Of a DNA stretch of 19,574 nucleotides, positions 11,212 through 19,574 are shown in pieces (the first letter of the stretch is position 1; each line of letters opens with the position of its first letter). The notes below the pieces were generated by a model that ran no database searches, was not told where the DNA came from, and saw only the letters and a list, made by a program, of their open reading frames with translations. Origin of the DNA: Tubiluchus corallicola (Eukaryota; Animalia; Priapulida); the NCBI GenBank assembly GCA_030141605.1, contig JAQGDQ010000725.1, positions 87,595 through 107,168 on the forward strand. Direction: 5' to 3'. The position numbers and the translations under genes were made by a program.

Positions 11212-12159
11212 GGATATATTTTCGTGTATATTTATGTGATATTCATTTTTACATAAGCGCAATATTTTCTTATTTTTCATGTATTTTTTAGGGTCAAATT
11301 TGAATTTAATCTTTTTGCCAATAATATCCTGTTTTGAAGTTTTAGTTTATGGCAAGAATAAGAAAATTTGAGAAGGGTATACAAAATTCAATATCAAAAT
11401 ATTGCAGAATACCTTAAAATACACAATTTTTATACAAACGCTGTTATTAAGCACGAAAGGTCCAATGTCTTAATTCTTTTTTTGCAAACAATCTGTGGAT
11501 GATGTAACTAAAGTTTAAAGACTGTATGTATGGAAATGTCTAGGAGCATACGCCATAGATACGAATAAAATAATAGCTTACAATTGTAATTACAGGCGGG
11601 GCAATAATACACTAATAGGAGAATATACAATAAATTTTTCGAATAAAATTTTAAGTGTATAATATATAAACAGTGTGATTCATGCATATATAAGGAAAAG
11701 GCTAAATTATACGTTTTACAGTAAAATATGTGCTTACATTTAAACCTAGTATTTATGCACAGGTTAATAGAAAAAGAATACAGAATATTTGATAAGAAAT
11801 AATATCGATATAAATTAAAATTTGATTGTGACAAATGTCGTAAATCATTTAGTTATATGTACGATTTTGTGTACACAATGCAAAGCGAATAATAATCATG
11901 GAAAAATTCTTAGAGGTGCGAAATGTTGTCATTTGAATAGACAGTGTACAAGCTTCTTGTCAAAGCATGAACCATATACATGAACTTTGTGACTGCTGTA
12001 GTCATAGGTATAGAATATGTGCACTAAATTTTAACTACCTTATACTATATTGTACATACTCAATGCGCAACTCTGTATAAGCTTATAATAGAGAATGAGT
12101 CTATTTTTATTCGCCTAAAATAATATGTTTCGATTATTGAAAATTAGATCTTGCGAAGC

Positions 12160-12550
12160 CAGCCATTTTGTTACACATTATTTATAGTGAAACCGCAGTA
12201 ATTACGTATATAAAAATTTATCTCTGTCAATAAACAGGCTTTTGTAGTCATAAATTCGCAGGTAGTTTCCAATATAATAAATAAATAAAGTTTATTATTT
12301 TTAGTGTCAGACAATCTAGGCTTCCATAAAAAGGCTATAAACATGTCATTACATCAAAGCCTGTACGATAATTGATTACTGTTTTGGAAATTTCGTTTTA
12401 TTTACCCGTGTGCAATTGAGGAAACTACAATTATAGAGACAGGCGACCCGCTGATTTACGGTAGCCGTTGTACTTATTTATATGGGCCGACACACTTAAG
12501 CAACCATTTTGATAATTACCCAGTGAATTTATGGGCAAGAGTGGCGCATT
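12160..12550. promoter_or_regulatory. Donor-proximal intronic cluster of homeodomain sites (HB1-like enhancer candidate)
   Basis: TAATTAC 12513-12519, AATTTATGGGC 12526-12536, TGATTTACGG 12452-12461, CCATAAAA ~12324, GTCATAAATT ~12247, GTAATTAC ~12198 and GCCATTTTG 12162-12170. Confidence 0.5.
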
Positions 12551-12639
12551 ACAGCCGAGAAAGGAATGCAGTTAAATTTGTTGTAAGTGTTTAAGGTGTA
12601 TCAGTAGGATTCGAGGCGTATAAACGAAAATGGACTTAC

Positions 12640-13072
12640 CTGTCGTGTTGCAGTGAACCTTTTTCATCCAAGAGTAAATTACAGGAGCGTTTTGTGACGA
12701 CGTTTGCTGAGTTTGAGGTTGACTGATGGACGATGGTACCGACACCGGACGACCGTTCGGTGAGATGGGATGAGACAGAGCCGACGGGACGGTGGGTGTC
12801 GGTCGGCTTGCGTGAAGATTTTGATAATCCTGAGATGTTCTTGATGCAATGGCTGCCGTACACTGTGGCATGTATGGCGCTGCACTGTTGTAACCGTCCA
12901 CGTCGTGGTACAACCGGTCTCGATGTTCGTGATATTGCACATATTCGCTTGCTGGATTATAGTACACGTCGTGTTGACTAGGAATGTAGCTGTTTTGTGA
13001 GTATTCGTCCGGCGGTGGAAACTTTGGCTCCGCATACGGACTGGAGTTCATCAGAAACGAACCCATGCTCAT
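12640..13072 (-). CDS. Hox4: Hox4/Deformed-class homeobox gene, coding exon 1 (144 codons + 1 nt; homeobox exon not in window)
   Basis: Translation begins MSMGSFLMNSSPYAEPKFPPPDEYSQNSYIP, matching the paralogy-group-4 N-terminal signature (MSSFL.NS.Y.(D/E)PKFPP.EEYSQ). It ends PVIYSWMKKVH, the Hox4 hexapeptide context (normally VYPWMKKVH). This is followed by ACAG|GTAAGT, a consensus phase-1 donor at 12640/12639. The start context is AAAATTAATG. Confidence 0.95.
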
Positions 13073-13159
13073 TAATTTTTGCCGAATTGCTCGGAAAATA
13101 ATTTTTCCTGTGTGTTGTCGTTAGTCAACTAAGCGGCACCTCCCCTGAACTGCGTGTGG

Positions 13160-13192
13160 CTGATCACGTGACGGCGGTCAGCCAATCGGAGC
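13160..13192 (-). promoter_or_regulatory. Proximal promoter/5' elements: E-box (TCACGTGAC) and CCAAT box
   Basis: TCACGTGAC at 13164-13172 and AGCCAATCGG at 13180-13189, about 90-115 bp upstream of the ATG, in a locally CpG-rich segment. Confidence 0.6.
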
Positions 13193-13389
13193 GTCCGTTG
13201 GTAATTCTCTGCGCCGTGCTAGCGATGACAACACGTGAATACATTCGTGTCTTCTTCATTGTCGGTTAGAACACAACTAAATCACGCACAAATATTTACT
13301 AAAACCGTAAACAAGCACCAACAAACTTCCCCTCTGCAATCCACCGCTTCTGATAGCCGTCTCTCAACCGTCTAGCCGGAAAACTCCAC

Positions 13390-13505
13390 GATGACAATTC
13401 AATTCACATAAAATACAGTTTATTGGCCGTAAAATAAATCACTAGTTGCGGATTTATAGCCTCAAATCTGTGAATGAGTCTGAGCCAGAACATTAATTAA
13501 TATTA
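13390..13505. promoter_or_regulatory. Upstream Hox/Pbx/Cdx-type site cluster
   Basis: TGACA, CATAAAA, TTTATTGG, CCGTAAAA, ATAAATCA (= TGATTTAT on minus, 13434-13441), GATTTATAG and ATTAATTAAT within ~115 bp. Confidence 0.4.
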
Positions 13506-13954
13506 TGTAGTACTACGAACGTAGCAGCATGGGGAAAGTCCACGCTTAAATCAACACGGCTACTTTAGTCTGTCTGCCGACATACGAGACGGTTGTTTAC
13601 TTTTGCCAGTTGCTTGTTGTGTGAAAACGGCAACAGAGGGCGCAGCGAGAGCGTGAAACCAGGGGTTAGGTGAAACAAAAACCGACTCATTAGATAAAAT
13701 GAACCCTCTCGCTGCTACTGCACTGAGACGTTTGGTAAAATGAGTTATTGGCGTTGGTGAGTAAGCCTAGTTTATTTCACTATCATTTATTTCCAATCGT
13801 GTATGGACCCGCAGAAGTATTATTATCCAAAAATCCCATTGTTAGGCCTTTTGGTCCTATTATTTCAGTCATCACAGCGCGATATTACTTATCAATTAAG
13901 ATGAGTTCAGGAGTTTGGATACTGAACTCAATTAAGACCTACGTAACGGAAGAG

Positions 13955-14340
13955 CCAGCACGGCGAGAAAATTCACATAGATACAGAGATTCAGTCTCGT
14001 ATAGCAGGCCGTATTGTATGGTATGTATTGTCACTTGTAGATGGCAGCACTTATAGCATTGTTGTAGGATGGCGCCAGCTAATAGTCAGCATGGCGCGAA
14101 AGTTCACATGGTCCAGATTCAGTCCCGTATAGCAGGCCGTACTGTAAGGTATGCATTGTCACTTGTAGATGGCAGCACTTGCAACATTGTTGTAGGATGG
14201 CGCGGTCAGCATGGCATGAAAATTACACGTGGGTCCAGATTCAGTCACGGGTAACAGGCCATACTGTAAGGTATGCATTGTCACTTGTAGACTGTTATAG
14301 TCTGTAGCACTTGTTGCGTTGTTGTAGGATGGCGTTGTAG
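13955..14340. repeat. Tandem repeat, ~122-128-bp unit, 3 copies
   Basis: GATTCAGTC starts at 13988, 14116 and 14238. All units share ATTGTCACTTGTAGA and GTTGTAGGATGGCG. Confidence 0.92.
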
Positions 14341-15129
14341 GGTGTGTGTGTGCGTGTATATGTATCTATCTATCTATAGATAGATAGATACATAGAAAAA
14401 CTACATTGTTTAAAATACATGTATATATATTTTATAGTATGACACGACACACACATATATATATATATATTAATGCCAATAAAGATGATATATATGCATG
14501 AATCATCTTTATTCGCATTATTTATGAGAAACAATTACAACACATTTAATTAGTAACAACTTGGACTTATAACAATATTAACACGGATGTTAGTAGTTGG
14601 AATCATAACAATAAGCTTACAGCACGAACATGTTAAACTGTTAAAAGTTTACGTAACATTTATTCTATTTCTTCGTTATTAAAACCAGGTATAAGGTTCT
14701 CACCCTGAAGTGTCCTGTTATAACTCGCGTGCTAAGTAATCCACAGCAGTATAACCTAAAAACTTTCGTTTATTCCTATAATTTATGTTGTTACCAATGC
14801 TCGTATTGGAAATACAATTGTTAAGAAACGACACGGCTTTAAAGCGGCATTGTCTTGATTGTTTACATTGTTATTCAGCTTTACAATACGAGGCAAAGGA
14901 ACGTCAGCAAAAGGTTTAGTTTTAGTAATTGTAATTGTCAAACTACAGTGCGAGTTGTATGGTAGATCTAAGACTCAAATAACCTTCCTATAGATTTGAA
15001 TGCCGAAGATACTTCACGGCTGTTTAAAAAAAATTACAGTATTTAGAGTATCAGGTATTGTGTTTAACGAAAAAAACCAGCTATTTATAAACTCACCTAT
15101 ATAAACTTAGTAGTGCTTTATGGTCCGAA

Positions 15130-15640
15130 CTCCAAAGCAAAACTGGGCCCAATCATAAACTGTAGATCAAAACAATATACTCTTTGAAATATTAAAAAGA
15201 AACATACTATTTTTAAAGAATGACTTACGTGAAAGAATTATTACCACACAAACACAATTTTGTGTTCGCGCCTCTAGTTCTTTGCGGTTACATGCATTTC
15301 GCCATTCGCTAGTTTGACAGCTCAAGCATGAGTACAGCAGTAAATTTGAAATTTGAATATTTAATCTTAAAACTTGGCTAGTTTCATTACAACACACTCA
15401 ATATCTTATAGCAGTACTTCAATTTTCGCTTTCGCAAACACGTGCAACACGCTCGTGGAATATTTTTGCCTTTGAAAATTATGTTAGTTTTTGATGTTAC
15501 CAGCAGTTGGGTTCGCCTGCCGTTAATTAAGTTCTTAATTTATTATTTAATTATCAGAAACGCTTTTGCAGTATTAATTGTGTTAAAATGCATACTTTTT
15601 ATCGGATTTGAAAATGAGATAGTGTATGAAAATGATCCAG
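15130..15640 (-). mobile_element. Dispersed non-coding repeat (unclassified TE fragment), copy B
   Basis: Inverted, diverged copy of 4981-5565; explains the twin MQHAR..IF ORFs. Confidence 0.8.
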
Positions 15641-16343
15641 TCTTCCTTTAAGTATATATATATATACGTACTAAATAATTTGCCAAATTCTACAAAGGTT
15701 TCACACACTGTATTAGTAGGTAATATCAATTACTGTAATAATAAACGATGTAATCATATGCATTGCTGTAATATAATGTAATAAAATAGTAATATCTAAT
15801 TGAGGTGTAATAGTCAATAACGAAACAGCGCAACTATTTTCTTGAAGTAACAATTATTGTGTTATAGATTACAAATAAAGTAATGACACGGCGTACTGTG
15901 TGCATTTCTAATTATGTCGGCTTGTTTTTATGTTGTTTTTAGGAGCAGAAAATAGACGCAGTTTGATAATAATTGAGAAAATTTAAAATCAATTTTCCTT
16001 AATAGTATTTTCGAATTTATTCTTATATATAATGTAGCTACGCATTTATGTATAGTTATTTATGTATATGTTATATACTATGTTATGTTTATGTCATTTT
16101 TGTATATTTATGTCATATTTATATTTATGTATGTATAACTACAGCTGCAGGGTTTGTGATCACCACGTCACTGCTTTCAGTAAGGAGTTCAAAGGTCAAA
16201 GGCCAAAGTAAAGGTAAAAGTCTGCAGATGAGCTTTTCTTAAGGAATAAATTTCTGGGTTAGTTGATGTCCTTCAGAAATTCTGGATTAAAGGAAAGAAG
16301 GTTGCTCCACATATTGGGTTTATTTTACTATTTTCTAGGAGAT

Positions 16344-16715
16344 TGGTAGGTAGGTAGGTAGGTAGGTAGGTAGGTAGGTAGGTAGGTAGGTAGGTAGGTA
16401 GGTAGATAGATATGTGCGTAGGTAGTAAGGTAGGTAGGTAGGTAGGTAGGTAGGTAGATAGTTAGGTAGATAAGTAGGTAGGTAGGAAGGTAGGCAGGAC
16501 TGGAAGTTTGGTACATAGGTAGCTAGATAGGTAGGTAGATAGGTAGGTAGGTAGGTAGGTAGGTATGTAGATAGTAGGTAGGTAGGTAGGTAGGTAGGTA
16601 GGTAGGTAGGTAGGTAGGTAGGTAGGTAGGTAGGTAGGTAGTTAGGTAAGTAGGCAGGTATGTAGATAGGTAGGTAGGTAGGTAGATAGGTAGGTAGGTA
16701 GGTAGTAAGATAGGT
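16344..16715. repeat. (GGTA)n microsatellite flanked by a 55-bp direct duplication
   Basis: Array is directly visible. The flanking copies at 16281-16335 and 16747-16801 differ at 2 positions. Confidence 0.95.
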
Positions 16716-16982
16716 AAGTACTAGAAGATGGGCAGGTATTAGAAGATCTGGATTAAAGGAAAGAAAGTTACTCCACATATTGGGTTTATTTTACTATTTT
16801 CACTTAAGTTTAGAAAGAATATAACAATGTAATTTGCCCAAAGAACTGCCTATAATTCATAAATTTAAAATACACTACTCTGAATAGAAATTTTCAGGCG
16901 TGGTGGTTGCCGACATTTGCTTGAAAATCATGACCTAACTGGGAGACTTCGTGACTTTCATGTGACCTTGTCGTGGCTTTCC

Positions 16983-17575
<593 letters not shown>

Positions 17576-17688
17576 AAACAGGCAGAGAGCACCGTCCAAT
17601 GTCGGAGTTATTCTTTCTCATGAATTGCGAAAAACAATTTTTCAAGAAATCGCTGAAGGGCAACACCTTGGCTATGGTGAATATTAAC

Positions 17689-19574
17689 TAATCACAGAGA
17701 GAATGGTTGATTAGAATAAAGTTTAACAGCTACAGTGTAGCTAGAACCATACCCAATTCGTTTTTCTTGTTCCCAAGCAAGATCCCGCTAGTAAATCACT
17801 CTACGAACAGACTAAAGCATAACTAAGTAAAGTTCGCGTAAAACAACTGAAGTTACTGAACTGGTGCGGCAGACAGTATTGCTTTACGCCCTTACTCTTT
17901 TGTGTCACGTGACAGTTTTAGTTAAGACGCGTTGCTGGGGTACGCTTATCCTTTGACCTGCAGCAACTGGCGCATGCGCACACCACGAAACTGTGAAAAT
18001 GCTTAATATAACAAACTTCTTGTTCACACACTGCTTTTCTCAAGGTAGAGATAGACCTTTTAATCTACCATTTTATCATTTCAAAAACTAAAAAAACAAC
18101 TCATAAGCTGTGCTCAATATGGTTAAGATTTAATTATGACATAAACAATAAAAAACACGTTAAATAGAGCAAAGTAAACGGATAGGAGAAGACGGTAATG
18201 ACGATGTTGATGTTGATGATGATGATGATGATGATGGCAAAGGTGGTGATATTAATGCTGGCGACAATGCTGGTGATTATGAAAATGATAATGAATTGAT
18301 GTTAATGATGATGATGCGTCTGGATTGATCAGTTAAACAGAGTTTACGCAGTCATTTATGCAGTGTTATAAAAATAGTATTACGCTATTGAGATATATAA
18401 AAGTATAAAGATGTGTTATTTTTAATTACAGAAATTGATTAATTAGGCCCATCCGACTCCAGACTGGAATCAGTCTCGGCTAGCTTTAATTAATATTTTC
18501 ATAAAAGTTCACGTTTAGCAACGTTGAACGACATTGGCGGAGAGAATTCTCCACCCCTTTACTGTTTGATGGTTAAAAGCCAATTATTTCTGCAAGTAAT
18601 CAACTAATCATGCTACCAATTAGGTGGTGAAGCCGCCTGAAACAATTGTTTTTGCGACAGATCTTAGTTTAAATTCACCTCACGTTCTTTAATGCTCCAG
18701 AACTGTTCCCAAATGTATTTTGGGGCGGCTGCTGATGCACGTTTATATGTTGATGGAGATGGTTCTCGCGAAAACGTGCAATCAGTTTGACTAATTCCAG
18801 TCTGGAGTCGGATGGGCCTAATTAATCAATTTCTGTAATTAAAAATAACACATCTTTATACTTTTATATATCTCAATAGCGTAATACTATTTTTATAACA
18901 CTGCATAAATGACTGCGTAAACTCTGTTTAACTGATCAATCCAGACGCATCATCATCATTAACATCAATTCATTATCATTTTCATAATCACCAGCATTGT
19001 CGCCAGCATTAATATCACCACCTTTGCCATCATCATCATCATCATCATCAACATCAACATCGTCATTACCGTCTTCTCCTATCCGTTTACTTTGCTCTAT
19101 TTAACGTGTTTTTTATTGTTTATGTCATAATTAAATCTTAACCATATTGAGCACAGCTTATGAGTTGTTTTTTAGTTTTTGAAATGATAAAATGGTAGAT
19201 TAAAAGGTCTATCTCTACCTTGAGAAAAGCAGTGTGTGAACAAGAAGTTTGTTATATTAAGCATTTTCACAGTTTCGTGGTGTGCGCATGCGCCAGTTGC
19301 TGCAGGTCAAAGGATAAGCGTACAACAGCAACGCGTCTTAACTAAAACTGTCACGTGACACAAAAGAGTAAGGGCGTAAAGCAATACTGTCTGCCGCATC
19401 AGTTCAGTAACTTCAGTTGTTTTACGCGAACTTTACTTAGTTATGCTTTAGTCTGTTCGTAGAGTGATTTACTAGCGGGATCTTGCTTGGGAACAAGAAA
19501 AACGAATTGGGTATGGTTCTAGCTACACTGTAGCTGTTAAACTTTATTCTAATCAACCATTCTCTCTGTGATTA
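17689..19574. repeat. Long near-perfect inverted repeat: arms 17689-18475 and 18789-19574 (runs off window), ~313-bp spacer
   Basis: The right arm is the reverse complement of the left. By eye there are only about four substitutions and one 1-nt indel in ~786 bp. Confidence 0.96.
18446..18818. mobile_element. Candidate MITE (PIF/Harbinger-like ends) at palindrome centre
   Basis: GC-rich ends GGCCCATCCGACTCCAGACTGGAAT ... ATTCCAGTCTGGAGTCGGATGGGCC abut TTA/TAA in an AT-rich context; 373 bp; no ORF. Confidence 0.45.

Noticed and set aside
12572-12639. C-terminal GKSIFVYTPR... of the 166-aa ORF
   Set aside because: Read-through past the GTAAGT donor into the intron.
12636-13035. Overlapping alternative-frame and antisense ORFs (75, 118, 82 aa)
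   Set aside because: Shadows of the GC-richer Hox4 exon, with no recognisable motifs.

Overview
AT-rich animal genomic DNA, most likely from an invertebrate (possibly lophotrochozoan) Hox cluster. The only well-supported host gene is exon 1 of a Hox4/Deformed-class gene on the minus strand (13072-12640). It has an MGSFLMN...EPKFPP..EYSQ N-terminus, a variant hexapeptide IYSWMKKVH and a GTAAGT splice donor. No intact homeobox exon is visible, so bases 1-12639 appear to be part of an intron longer than 12.6 kb, and 13073-19574 are promoter and upstream DNA. The rest is repeat-rich: three Penelope-like 3' fragments with minimal hammerhead-ribozyme motifs, several LINE 3' fragments, an inverted pair of ~550-bp dispersed repeats flanking exon 1, a 34-bp minisatellite with a 360-bp higher-order repeat, and many microsatellites. 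A near-perfect palindrome of at least 1.9 kb, centred on a MITE-like unit, runs off the right end. I found no convincing novel multi-gene system. All alignments were done by eye and family assignments come from recalled consensus motifs, not searches.
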